A stretch of 64,000 nucleotides of DNA from Malacoraja senta (taxonomy: Eukaryota): contig CM075989.1 in NCBI GenBank assembly GCA_038087875.1, positions 24,864,001-24,928,000 on the forward strand, in the 5' to 3' direction. A program made the translations under genes and the position numbers. Of the stretch, positions 49,819 through 63,250 are shown in pieces (the stretch's first letter is position 1; every line of letters starts with the position of its first letter). The notes below the pieces were generated by a model. It made no database searches. It was not told the DNA's origin and saw nothing but the letters and a program-made list of their open reading frames with translations.

Positions 49819-51363
49819 CTGCAACTGCAACTTTATTTATATAGCACATTTCATACACGAGGCAGACTCAAAGTGCTTCACATAAAAACATGTCATACAA
49901 TAAAATGAAATAATAAAATGAAATAAAATAGAAGAATTAAAATAAAATAAAAGCAAAGTTAAAAATGCATTATAGAAAAGTGCAAAAGTTAAAAGTGCAA
50001 TGTAGTTAAGATTTAGCTGAAAGCTAAAGTAAACATCAAAGTTTTCAGTCTTGTTTTAAAAGTGGTGAAAGTAGGGGCAAGTCTTAAATCTTCAGGAAGT
50101 TTATTCCAGCTATTTGTTGCATAGTAACTAAATCCTGCTTTCCCATGTTTTGTATTTACTCTGGGAATCACTAACAGATTGGTCTCAGAAGATCTTAGCA
50201 GTCTAGAAGGCTTATATAGTGGAAGCATGTCAGTGATATACTTTGGCCCTAAACCATGTAGTGATTTATAGGTGAGCAGCAGGATTTTGAAATCAATTCT
50301 CTGACATACAGGGAGCCAATGTAAGGATTTAAGAATTGGTGTAATGTGTTCAAATTTTTTGGTCTTTGTTAGAACTCTAGCAACAGCGTTCTGAACAAGC
50401 TGTAGCTGCCTGACAGTTTTTTTTCGGAAGACCTGCAAGGAGACCGTTACAATAATCTAGCCTACTAGTAATAAAGGCATGTACAAGTTTTTCTAAGTCT
50501 TGAGCTGACACGAGTCCTCTTAGTCTTGCTACGTTTTTGAGATGATAGTAGGCCGATTTTGTTACTGATTTGATGTGACTGTCGAAATGTAAATCTGAAT
50601 CCATAATAACCCCGAGATTTCTGGCTTTGTTTGAAGTTTTCAGGGACAGAGAGTGAAGGTGTTGGGTTACTTTAAGCCTTTCTTTTTTAGCACCAAAAAC
50701 AATTATCTCCGTTTTGTCCTTATTTAGTTGGAGGAAATTTTGGCACATCCAGTCTTTGACTTGCTCAATGCACTGGCACAGCAGATCTATGGGGCGATAG
50801 TCATTTGGTGATAGCGCTACATAGATTTGAGTGTCATCGGCATAGCAGTGGTGGTCAATATTATTATTTCGCATGGTTTGCCCTAGTGGGAGCATGTAGT
50901 TGAATAAAGAGGGCCCTAAGATCGAACCTTGCGGGACTCCACACAAGGTTGGTTCTGATACAAAGTCGCCAATGGAAACAAAATAGTTCCTATCTTGTAG
51001 ATATGACCTGAACCAACTTAAGACTGTGCCTGAAAGCCCCACCCATTTTTCCAACCTGTCCAAAAGTATTGAGTGATCAACAGTGTCGAATGCAGCACTG
51101 AGGTCTAATAGCATTAATATTGATACTTTGCCAGAGTCTGTGTTAAGACGGATGTCGTTTACAACTTTAATAAGGGCGGTCTCAGTGCTATGAAGAGGTC
51201 GAAATCCTGACTGGAAGTTATCGTAGCAGCTAGTTGAAGCCAGGAAGTGATTAAGTTGCTGGAGGACAACTTTCTCAATGATTTTACTTATGAAAGGTAG
51301 GTTTGATATTGGTCTATAGTTGTTAATAATAGAGGCATCTAGGCTCTGCTTTTTTAAAGGTTT
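49819..51363 (-). mobile_element. L2-clade LINE 3' fragment inserted in a V-SINE (49646-51469)
   Basis: NYRPISNLPF, LLDLSAAFDTVDH, GVPQGSILGP, YADD, LHWLPV; frameshifted. TTTGTA duplicated at 49813-49818 and 51365-51370. Confidence 0.92.
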
Positions 51364-52673
51364 TTTTGTAGGTTAATTGGATTCTGTAAATTGTCCCTAG
51401 TGTATAGAATGGTGCTAGGACTCGATGGGCAGAATGGCCTCTTTCCGTGCTGTATCTCCAAACTAAACTTTCAGCACAAGAACCTTGAATGGAAGAAACT
51501 GTTCCAAGGTGATGCAACAGAACGTAATCAGAAATATTGTTGATAGGAGCAGACTTAGGCCATTCAGCCTATCAAGTCTACTCCACCATTCACTCATGGC
51601 TGATCTATCTTCCCCTCTTAACCCTATTCTCCAGCCTTCTCCCCATAACCCCTGACACCCATACTAATCAAGAATCTATCTATCTCTGCCTTAAAAATAT
51701 CCATTGACTTGGCCTCCTCCACAGCCGTCTGTGGCAATCATAACAATGGGCTCAGCACTGTTGGCAGCTTGTCAATCTGACTACCATTGGCATGGTTTAC
51801 CTAGTACCGAGCTTTGAGGTATCATTAGGTCACAGAGACCGTATCCCACCCTCAACCACACTCACACCCCCAACTTTGATGTGTTGTGGATCAAAAGGGC
51901 TAAAAATCAGCTCCCCGGTAAAACTCCCAGGTAGGCAAAAATGCTGGAGAAACTCAGCAGGTGATGCAGCATCTATGGAGCGAAGGAATAGGTGAAGTTT
52001 TGTGTCGAGGCCCTTCTTCAGACTGGGTAAAACTCTCAGGTAAGCTAGATTAGGGAGAATATTTAGGGAAGTATTCTAATGGATTCAAAGGGCTGAATGG
52101 CCTACTCCTGCACCTATTGTCTATTGAATAAGGGGAGGTGCGACAGACACAGACTTGGGGAGGGACTTGTGGAGCTTAAAGCCTAGGTGGTGAGAGGCAG
52201 GCTGCCATTGGTTGCAGTAGATATATGGCACAACAAGTGGTCAGCATTTCCTTCTCTCTGGACACTTGCCCAGCTTCCTCTTTAAGCATCAACGTTACTA
52301 ACTTCCACTACCCCCTCCACCAGCAAGTTCCACATTCTCACCGCTGCCTGGGTAATTCTGTCTTGAATTTCTCGGTAACCAGTTTATATAAATGCCCCTA
52401 CTGACCTTACTCGCCTGAAGTGGAAATGTTATCACTCTATACAAGGTCACAAAGTGCTGGAGTAACTCAGTGGGTCAGGCAGCATTTGTGGAGAATCATG
52501 GATAGGTGATGTTTGCAGAGTCCTGACCCAAAACTTCACCCGTTCCGTCTCTCCAGAGATGCCGGCCGACCATTGATGAGGGACAATGTGCTGAAAGCCT
52601 TGTACCACCCTATCTACATTTCATTGTAAAGGAGAGGTGAGTGAACACGGGGAACAAAGCCAAGTCTACTCAC

Positions 52674-52788
52674 CTTCCCTCAGCCGCCCATCAGCAGCAG
52701 CAGCTCCATCTGCGTAAATGGTCCTTACGAAAATCCCCATGGGTCCATAGACACTGTCTCTTCCTCCCACCACACTGAAGCCCAGGCC
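52674..52788 (-). CDS. IL16: IL16 exon (first N-terminal PDZ)
   Basis: [38 protein letters not shown]. Confidence 0.95.
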
Positions 52789-52842
52789 CTGTGAGAAGAA
52801 GATGCACAATTATCAGCCCAATAACTATTTCACAAGGAGAGA

Positions 52843-53165
52843 CACAAAGTGCTGGAGTAACTCAGCGGGTCAGGCAGCATCTGTGGAGAACATGGATAGG
52901 TGACGTTTCACAGAGTGCTGGAGTAACTCAGCGGGTCAGGCAGCATCTGTGGAACGAAGGAAATGGGCAACCTTTCGGGCCGAAACCCTGAAGGAAATAG
53001 TCAACGTTTCGGGCCGAAACGTTGCCTATTTCCTTCGCTCCATAGATGCTGCCTGAACATGGATAGGTGACGTTTTACAGAGTGCTGGAGTAACTCAGTG
53101 GGTCAGGCAGCGTCTCTGGAGAACATGGATAGGTGACGTTTCAGGTCGGGACCCTTCTTCAGACT
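52843..53165. repeat. Composite array of 66-bp Penelope-derived units
   Basis: Same unit and same internal insert as 59591-60250. Confidence 0.85.
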
Positions 53166-53417
53166 GAGGAAGTATTTCTCAATCTGTGCAAGAGAAACTT
53201 CCCTGGAAAGCATCTCATTTGGTGAGTAGCGGGCGAGGTGTATTGTGAGTTTTGCTGCAACTTGTTCCATGGGTGCAGTATTCACTGTAACAAGAATCAG
53301 AAATATGTTCCCCCGAAGGGTTAATGGTTTTATAGCAAAATTGATTCATAAACGTAAGTAAATCAAGAAGGGCCAGGTATTTAGAAGTTTTATATCAGCA
53401 TACTTGTATCTTTCAAA

Positions 53418-53650
53418 TACTGACCTCCCCACCATCGAAGGTCCATCACAGGTACTGACCTCCCCACCATCGAAGGTCCATCACAGGTACTGACCTCCCC
53501 ACCATTGAAGGTCCATCACAGGTACTGACCTCCCCACCATTGAAGGTCCATCACAGGTACTGACCTCCCCACCATTGAAGGTCCATCACAGGTACTGACC
53601 TCCCCACCACTGAAGGTCCATCACAGGTACTGACCGCCCCACCATCGATG
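53418..53650 (+). repeat. 35-bp tandem repeat (~6.5 copies) at the 5' end of a Rex1-like fragment (to ~54030)
   Basis: Unit TACTGACCTCCCCACCATYGAAGGTCCATCACAGG. Confidence 0.92.
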
Positions 53651-54637
53651 GGAACTACAGGAGGCGCTGCCTCAATAAGGCAGGCAGCATCATCAGAGAC
53701 CCACACCACCCTTGGCCACACTCTCATCTCACTGCTACCATTGGGGATGAAGGTACAGGAGCCTGAAAACCGTGTTCTCCAAGTTTAAGAAAAGCTTCTT
53801 CCCAACAACCAGCGGGCTCTTGAACACTGCACAACACTAACCTCAGCGACTGTGATCTTCTGTGGACTGATCTTTGGATCTCAGTTTTGCACTATTATGG
53901 TTGGCTGGTTCACTGTTATTAATTTATTGTACTATTGATTATTATATATTGACCAATGTGTTATTGCGTTAACGGGCTTGTTAAGCTGCCGCATGTACAC
54001 GTCATTGTTCTGCTGTGGGAACGTGTGACTTAAAGCCTAGTGACGTTCAATGAGAGCGTCTGTGATGAGCCACCCATACACAACATGCAGTGCAAGGTCA
54101 TGTATAGAACCTTTTACCGGCATGGTACGGTTTTAAGCAACAGTTAGACAGGTACATGGATAGGGCAGGTTTGGAGGGATATGGACCAAGCGTGGGCAGG
54201 TGGGACCAGTGTAGCTGGGACATGATGGCCGGTGTGGGCAAGTTGGGCTGAAGGGCCTTTCCACACTGTATCACTCTATGACATAGAACTGTACAGCACA
54301 GGAACAGGCCCTTCAGCCCACAATGTCGATGCTGAACATGCCAAATTAAACTGTACTTGATCCATATCCTTCCATTCCCTGCACATCCATGCGCCTATCC
54401 TAAAGTGTCCTAAACACCACTATCATATCTGCCTCCACCACCACCACCACCACCCCGGCAGCGTGTTCCAGGCACCCACCTCTCTCTGTGTAATTAAACC
54501 TATCCCGCACAACTCTATTAAACTTCCCCCCTCTCCCTTTGAGCAGCAACCTTAACAACAACAAAGAAGTTTAACTTATTGCATCTTTTTCATGTCCTAA
54601 CAAACGTGGAGAGCGAGCAGCGGGCACCTTGCCTTAC

Positions 54638-54748
54638 CTTGCCTTGGCCCTTCATCAGGATGATATTTGAGATGACAGAGGGAGGTGGGCTGCATCCAGA
54701 GGGCAGCAAATGAGCCGAGCTCAGGGACCGAACCGCCCGGGTCATTGG
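54638..54748 (-). CDS. IL16: IL16 exon
   Basis: PMTRAVRSLSSAHLLPSGCSPPPSVISNIILMKGQGK. Confidence 0.93.
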
Positions 54749-57347
54749 CTGCAGGAAAAGAACACAACACCATCACACATAGGAGCAGAATGAGGCCACT
54801 CGGCCCGTCGTCCACTCCACCATTCAATCATGGATGACCTATATTTCCCACTCAATCCCATTCTCCTGCCTTCGCCCCGTAATTGTAAAGAGTATGGACT
54901 GGATTAGGAATTAACCCAGACCAATCTCACCCCGGTCACGCCCTCTTCTCCCCTCTCCCATCAAGCAAGAGGTATAGAAGTGTGAAAACATACATCTCCA
55001 GATTCAGGGACACTTTCCTCCCAGCTGTTATCAGGCAAATGATTCTTCCCTATCACCAACTAGAGAGTGGTCCTGACCTCCCATCTACCTCATTGTAAAC
55101 CTTCAAACTATCTTTAATTGGATTTTATCTTGCACTAAACATTATTCCCTTTATCCTGTATCTGTACACCGTGGACGGCTCGATTGTAATCATGTATTGT
55201 CTTTTCACTGACTGGTTAGCACGCAACAAAAAGTTGTTCACTGAACCTCAGTGCACGTGACAATAAACTCAACTAAACTGTACCAACTTCTCAATAATTA
55301 GGGAAACTAACAGTGCTGTGGGGAAGTGTAAACTGAAGCAGACCGGCCACCCTTTCATCCAACTGTACCCATCCCAGCTGTACATGACTGCCTGAGCAAC
55401 AATGCTACACTTCATTTATATAGAGTCCAGGTTCATCCACGTCCAGGTACAGGAGGTCAGTCGTCCACTTGTGATGGTCACAGTACATATGTTAAAGAGC
55501 TGGAACATCTGAGGATGCTTGACGAAAACAATTGTTGAGAGGAGGAAGAGGCGAGGAGGTTTAGGGAGAGAGTTCAAGCACTTGGATCATGTTCATCAAT
55601 AGTTCAGCCAAAGCATTCACTGTAATACTCTCAATGGCCCACGTCAGAGTTTGACAAGGCCACTGGCTGCTCTGGCCCCTAGTTCCTTAAACCCACCTTT
55701 GCTCCAAATTCTCTTGTTAAACTTATCAAACAAAAAGCTCAGCTATGAATTCTCCACTTTCCCCCTGGTGTCTGTCGCTTTCTGGAGAAACACGTCCCAG
55801 ATGTTTTAAAAATGTTTTCTTATTTCACTTTCAAAATGTTATACATCCTTTCTGAGGTGCAGTGCCAAGGAATGAGCAGAGTTGCAGATGGGGTCTGGAC
55901 AAGGCAGTGTTGGTTCCCAGTTAAACATGGTGGTAAGGTCAAGGCAGTACAGAGCTTACGCCAGGCACCAAGAGTTGAACACAACAAAGAACCTTGGAGA
56001 ATATAGAAAGTGTGGAACAAAAATTTAAAAGCAAAATTCAAAAAGCAAAGAAAAGCATTGACAAATAAAATTAAAATTGCAAGTTCCGTTCACATGAGAC
56101 GATCGGAGGAAAGAGAAGGGGGTTTAAAACGATGGAGGCAGGAGATGGGGATAGAGTTCTTAATCTACAAACAAGGAACTGCAGATGCTGGTTTACACCG
56201 AAGATAGACTCAAAGTGCTGGAGTAACTCAGCGGGTCAGACAGCATCTCTGGAGAAAAAGGATAGGTGACGTTTGGGTTGGGACCTTTCTTCAGATTCTT
56301 AATGAATACTTTTCACAAAAAAAGGGGGGTGATATCATAAATTACTTCACTAAGGACAAAGTGAATGAGATTTTAAAAGATTCTAGCAGGTTTCCTTAAT
56401 TAGCCGAGGCAGAGTATATAAAAGCAGGGAAGTTTTGCTGGAACTGTACACCAATATGATCACAGTTTAAGCACAGATGCGGCAGTGTGTACAGATGTGT
56501 ACAGATGTGGCAAAGATGCGATTACACTGGGGACGCACAGAGGCCATTTATATGGATTTCGTCAGGACTGTAATATTGGGGTTATTTGTGAAGGCTGGGT
56601 GGAATGGTTTTTGTTCTGGGTAGGCTGGGTTTTATTTCTGGGTAGACTTGGTTTCTTTCTATAAAAAATGGTTTATGGCGGTTAAATTGAGGTGGATAAA
56701 ATGTTGAGGGGTTTAGAACATGGAACATAGTACAGGCCCTTCGGCCCACAATGTTTATGCCGAACATGATGCCAAGTTAAACTGATCTCATCTGCCTGCA
56801 CGTGATGTGTACATGTTCTATTCCCCGTTTATTCATGTGCCTGTCTATTAACCTCTGAAACACCAAGACCGTATCTCTCTCACCACCACCCTTTGGCAGT
56901 GTATTCCAGGCACTCACCAACCTGTATTCAACATTTGTCCCGTACATCTACATTAAACGTTCCCCCTGGCACTGTATAGCGATGCCCTCTAGTGTTGGAT
57001 GTTCCACCCTGACTGTCGACGCCTCTCAGAATTGTTTACACTTCTATCAAGCATCACCTCAACCTCCGACAATGCAGAGACAGTCCAAGTCTGTCCAACC
57101 TCTCCCTGTAGCTGTAACCCTCTAATCCAGGCATCATTCTGGTAAACCTCCTCTGCTCCCTCTCCAAAGCCCCCACAGCCTTCCTGTAATGGGGGCAGCC
57201 AGAATAGTTGAAGATAGAAACAAAATCCTTCCATTCTCAAAGGGTTCAGAAATCAGATGTGGATGGGGATTAGTAATAACTGCTGGAAGGAGAAGAGAGA
57301 AGAGAGGTGGATTGTGTTCACCTGGAGTGGGCTGGGGTCTAGACATG

Positions 57348-57647
57348 CAGGTAGGACCACACAGGTAGGACCACACAGGTAGGATCACCCAGGTGGGGTA
57401 GGACCACACAGGTAGGATCACCCAGGTGGGGTAGGACCACACAGGTAGGACCACACAGGTAGGATCACCCAGGTGGGGTAGGACCACACAGGTAGGACCA
57501 CACAGGTAGGATCACCCAGGTGGGGTAGGACCACACAGGTAGGACCACACAGGTAGGATCACCCACGTGGGGTAGGACCACACAGGTAGGACCACACAGG
57601 TAGGATCACCCAGGTGGGGTAGGACCACACAGGTAGGACCACACAGG
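57348..57647. repeat. Minisatellite (CAGGTAGGACCACA / CAGGTAGGATCACCCAGGTGGG)
   Basis: Direct observation. Confidence 0.95.
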
Positions 57648-58844
57648 CTGAAGCCCTGGTCACATTGAAACAGTACATGGCCATGGAATTCAGGGGCTGT
57701 GGCCAATGGAACCAGCGCTGGAGGGCAGGGTCAGCTTGGACAGCTCGCTCACAATTAGCACAGATACAATGGGCCGAGTGGCCTCGTGTCCTTTCATTGT
57801 CTCAGATCCTTCTCCGCGATTTCTTCGTTTTCCAGCCTCCCTACAACTGCATCCTATCAACCCATTGGTGTGTCATTGCTGGGGAGGGAGGGCTGGAGAC
57901 CAAGGGCAGGCAAGTGGGAAGAGTTGGGTTTGGCATCATGGTGGACGTAAACATTGTGGTTGAAGGGCCTGTTCTTCTGTTTCCTTCTCCAACGTACATT
58001 ACAAGCGGAGATCGACAGATTCTTGACCAGCACGGGTGTCAGGAGTTACGCGGCGAAGGCAGGAGAATGGTGTTGAGAGGGAAAGATAGATCAGCCATGA
58101 TTGAGTGTCGGAGTAGACTTGATGGGCCGAATGGCCTAATTCTGCTCCTAGAACTTATGAATTTATGTACATTTTAACCATAATTAGGACTTAATTCCAT
58201 GGACGAGGGGTGATCTTATAAAGGGGTACAAAATCATGAGGAATAGATCAGGTAAATGCACAGAGTCTCTTGCCCAGAGTAGGGGAATCGAGGACCAGAG
58301 GACACAGGTTTAAGGTGAGAGGGGAAAGATTTAATAGGACAACCCAAAGTGTTCGACAATCAACACTTTTAAAGTGTGCCAGTGGCAGTGCAGCAAGTTG
58401 CCGTAAACTAGGGGAACGATCCAATCACCTGCTGCTGGACCTCAGTCAGGCACCAGAGCTGCAACACAAAGCACCATGAGATACGTGTGTCACCTGGGAG
58501 GTAATACAAGATCAGCTGAGTGGCAGCTCTGACAGTGACACGTTTCTTCACTATTACCCATGGCCAGAGAAGATGCAAAGATCTTTGCCAAGGCTCCTGT
58601 AATCTCCTCCCTATCCTGGAGCTCAAGACTGGAGTACGGCATGAATCCAAAGCCTTCTGGCTCACCACTGCCAGAAACTGAATCAGGTCTGGCAGCTATT
58701 AAATAACTTGGACCTTGTACTAAACTAAGTGGAAAATGTGCATATGAGAGAATATTAGTGGCACAGGCTGTCTTACGCTCACAAACCCTGCGGCTGAAGA
58801 GTAACGCAGGTTCGACGTGCCGCATTAACCGGTGAAGATCTTAC

Positions 58845-58987
58845 TTGGACACGGTCTGGAGCTTCCAGCTGTTGTGAGAGAGACTTCCTGTGGTCACAGA
58901 GCGAGTGTGCGGGAGGATGTCGACACACAACTTGTTTCGTGGCAGCCGGTGAATCAACATCTTTGTCCAACCAGTAGGAATTTACTC
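58845..58987 (-). CDS. IL16: IL16 exon
   Basis: VNSYWLDKDVD...SLCDHRKSLSQQLEAPDRVQ (RKSLSQQL conserved). Confidence 0.92.
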
Positions 58988-59590
58988 CTGCCAAAAATAT
59001 AAGTTGCAATTCATTAGAAAACAGAGAATGATCTAATATTAGGAACAGGTGGGACCCACAGATCCAAGAGGGAGGAGAGCTGGAGTTATGGGGCACTGCG
59101 TCAAGCAGTACCTTCCCCACAAACAAGTCAAAGATTCTCTGCATCATCGTCTGTATCTCCCGTATCTCTCAGTCTGAAGAAGGGTCTCGACCCAAAATGT
59201 CACCCATTAATTCTCTCCAGTGATGCTGCCTGTCCCTCGGAGTTGCTCCAGCATTTTGTGTCTATCTTTGGTTTAAACCAGCATCCGCAGTTCCTTCCTA
59301 CACGATTTAAAGATTCTGTTCACTTCTAGCAGTCCTGGATGAACCTCGAGCCATATAACGTCTACACGTCCCGGTGGAAAGTAGAAACAATGTGGATGTC
59401 CACTGGGACTCAGCGGTGTAAAATAGGAAATGGCAAGGTAGAAGCAGTCTGCTTTACATCACTGTCATTGCCACTTCCATGCCTCAGGCCAGCACTTCAT
59501 AAGTAACTAAGCCGGCCTCAAATGGAGTTGTGGGCACTTCTGGAAAAACTCAATGGCCTCTAGAAAGTGCACGGAGGAACTTTATTCGGA

Positions 59591-60250
59591 CACAGAGTGC
59601 TGGAGTAACTCAGCGGGTCAGGCAGCATCTGTGGAGAACATGGATAGGTGACGTTTCACAGAGTGCTGGAGTAACTCAGCGGGTCAGGCAGCATCTGTGG
59701 AGCGAAGGAAATGGGCAACCTTTCGGGCCGAAACCCTGAAGGAAATAGGCAACGTTTCGGGCCTAAACCCGGAAGGGTTTCGGGCCGAAACGTTGCCTAT
59801 TTCCTTCGCTCCATAGATGCTGCCGGAACATGGATAGGTGACGTTTCACAGAGTGCTGGAGTAACTCAGCGGGTCAGGCAGCATCTGTGGAGAACATGGA
59901 TAGGTGACGTTTCCCAGAATGCTGGAGTAACTCAGTGGGTCAGGCAGCATCTGTGGAGAACATGGATAGGTGACGTTTCACAGAGTGCTGGAGTAACTCA
60001 GCGGGTCAGGCAGCATCTGTGGAGAACATGGATAGGTGACGTTTCACAGAGTGCTGGAGTAACTCAGCAGGTCAGGCAGCATCTGTGGAGAACATGGATA
60101 GGTGACGTTTCACAGAGGGCTGGAGTAACTCAGCGGGTCAGGCAGCATCTGTGGAGAACATGGATAGGTGACGTTTCACAGAGTGCTGGAGTAACTCAGT
60201 GGGTCAGGCAGCATCTGTGGAGAACATGGATAGGTGACGTTTCAGGTCAG
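59591..60250. repeat. Tandem array of 66-bp Penelope-derived units
   Basis: Unit starts at 59591, 59657, 59847, 59913, 59979, 60045, 60111 and 60177. Confidence 0.92.
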
Positions 60251-61555
60251 GACCCTCCTTCGCACACTATTAGGATATTGGAGACACAAGATACTGTACT
60301 CTAGAGCAAAAAAAATCAAAGTGCTGGAGGGACTCAGCAGGTCAGGCAGCATCGGTGGATACAGAGGGAAGGTCCACATTTCAGGGTCGAGATTCTGCAA
60401 CAGGTCAATTTGTTTTAAGTAATGTGCTTTTTGCACTTTATTAGGCTGTTACCTTGGATGAATGATTTCAGTTCTAAACGTTTAGTTTAGAGATACAGCA
60501 CGGAACTAGGCCCACCGAGTCCACGCCGACCAGCGATCCCCGCACACTAATACTATCTTACACACACTAGGAATGATTTACACTTATACCAAGCCAATTA
60601 ACCTACAAACCTGCACGTCTTTAGAGTATAGGAGGAAACCGGAGCACCCGGAGAAAACCCACGCAGTCACAGAGAGAACGTACAAACTCCGTATAGACAG
60701 CACATGTAGTCAGGATGGAACCCGGGTCCCTGGCGCTGTGAGGCAGCAACTCTACCGTTGCGCCACCGTGCTGGAAAGGTCAATCAATTGGTGGTCAGCT
60801 AAGCTTGTTGTCTCGGTGAGAGAGAGTTCAGATAAATGTTATCTGAACATTCATAACATTTAATTTTTCGTGCCGCTGAATAGGATGGATAAATATTTTT
60901 CAGATCAGTCAGAGCTTTAGGCGAGGAAGCTGGAGAATAATGATTCCCTTTGACAACCTGTTGGCCATCTGGAGATTGTAAACATAAAATCATTAGCGCA
61001 AATCTAGAGGCCGATGAGAAGACTTTCTCACGCAGTGTTTGATGATGTGTGAGGTTTTACAAAAGGATCTGGAGTTTACAGGATTATGGACATCAAATTG
61101 ATATATTTAGGACTAAATACAAGAGCCAGCACGTAAAAAGGACCGAATGGTCTCTTTAATAGCAAGTTCCTGTGAATCTAAAATTCTATAGCTTCAATGA
61201 CTATAAAAATCAGGAGTGGTGCAAATGGCTGTTGGCTTCTTGTGGTGGCTTTTACATAGGACAATACAGCGCGGAAACTGGCCCTTTGGCCCACCAGTCC
61301 GCGCCGACCAGCGATCCCCGTACACTAACAGTATCCTAAACTAGGGACAATTTACATTTATACCAAGCCAATTAACCTGCAAACCTGTACGTCTTTGGAG
61401 TGTGGGAGGAAACCGAGGATCTCGGAGAAAACCCACGAGTCATAAGCTTAGCTGGTGACCAATTGATTGAAACAATTTACTAAGTGTTATCTCCATTCTG
61501 AGGGGTCGAGATGCCTCCCAGACACGTCATTCCTTCACTGCTGCCGGTTATTTAC

Positions 61556-61651
61556 CTGTCGAGTTGCAGCGAGACCTTTGGCACGGAAACTCAGTCTGTG
61601 CTTCAGGTGATTTAAGTAACTCCACCTCAGTTTTCCATTGGTTATACATTC
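61556..61651 (-). CDS. IL16: IL16 most 5' coding exon in the window
   Basis: ...FPCQRSRCNST (human QRARSNST); AG/GT bounded, phase fits the next exon. Confidence 0.8.
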
Positions 61652-62714
61652 CTGCAGAAAATCAGAAGCAAAACATGAGGACAGCAGCGATAGACAAAGG
61701 GGTGTATAACGGAAACTTCATTGGACCTGCTACATAAATACTGTTAGACAAGAGGTGAACATTGGACTGGCCAAGCCCTTCACTACTGACCGCCTACAGC
61801 ACAGGTCAGGGTCATAGAGTGATACAGCATGGAAACAGGCCCTTCAGCCCAACTTGCCCACACTGGCTAACATGTCCCAGCTACACTAGTCATAGAGTGA
61901 TACAGCATGGAAACAGGTCCTTCAACCCAACTTGCCCACACTGGCCAACATGTCCCAGCTACACTAGTCCCACCTGCCAGTGTTTGGTCCGTATCTCTCC
62001 AAAGTGTCCTATCCATGTTAGAGTCATACAGAACAGAAACAGGCTCTTTGGCCCAACATGCTCATGGCAACCAAGATGCCCCATCAACACCAGCCCCACA
62101 TGCCCACGTTTGCCCCATATCCCTCAAAACCTGTCCTATCCATGTACCTGTCCAAATGTCTTTTAAATGTTGTAGTTCCCACCTCAACTCCCTCCTCTGC
62201 AGCTTGTTCCATTATTACTCTACGTGCCAGTATCAGTACAACTCTAACACAAGACACAGCATGCCACAGTATTGGCAACCTCTTCAGCAGAACATCCAAT
62301 GTCTCTCTGAACTACCCGTCTATGGTGACTACAGCGTAAACCATCGTCAAGCTGCAACTCACCAAACCTTCTCTGATAGCCCTTCCTGAGCCCATGATCG
62401 CTGCCAGCTAAGATTATGTGCTGGCCAGGTTGTTTATATTTCCACATTTTCATAGAAGGAGGCACTTCATGTCAATGTCAGAGCACAATGCGATCCCATT
62501 CCCATGACTTTCTCTGTTCTCTCCACATTCCCCAGTGCTCTACCACTCACCTACACACCAGTACTAAGTAGTGTTTATCTCCCACCCTGCACTTTGGGAA
62601 GTGGCAGGAAACCGGAGCCCAGTGGGGATCCCACGCGGTCACGGGCAGGAATGGATCTGCAGGATTCCCGCATCTTCTGTTGTGTGGGAACAGTTTGTGG
62701 CAAACCCTGACGTT

Positions 62715-63250
62715 GAGTTAAACCGAAGATAGACACAAAATGCTGGAGCAACTCAGCGGGACAGGCAGCATCTCTGGAGAGAAGGAATGGATGACGTTTC
62801 CGGTCGAGACCTTTCTTCAGACTGAATCAGTGGAGAGGGAGATACAGAGAAGGAAATGTAAGGTGTGAAAACGAGACAAAGGGAATGGAGATCAAGGAAA
62901 ATGTAGAGGATCATTGTTGGTATTGAGAAGGAAACAAGAAAGCAAACTGAGATAGAATGTAAACAAGGACAGTCAGACGAGTCGGAGAACTGGGAATGGG
63001 GGGGGGGATGGAGAGAGCGGGTAAGCAAGGGCTACTTGAAGTTATGGAAGTCAATGTTCATACCACTGGGGTCTAAGCTGCCCAAGCAAAATATGAGGTG
63101 CTGTTCCTCCAATGTGCGCTGGGCCTCACTCTGACAATGGAGGAGGCCCAGGACAGGAAGAGCAGTGTGGGAATGGGAGGGGGAGTTAAAGTGTTTGGTA
63201 ACCGGATGTTCAGGTAGGTTTAGAAGGACTGAGAGGAGGTGTTCAGTTTT
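62715..63250 (-). mobile_element. Penelope-like element 3' fragment
   Basis: HFNSPSHSHT..VLGLLHCQSEAQRTLEEQHLIF.LGSL.PSGMNIDF followed by terminal repeat. Confidence 0.85.

Noticed and set aside
59591..60250. CRISPR-like reading of the 66-bp array (and the 35-bp array at 53418)
   Set aside because: Units are contiguous with no unique spacers, there are no cas genes, and the context is eukaryotic.
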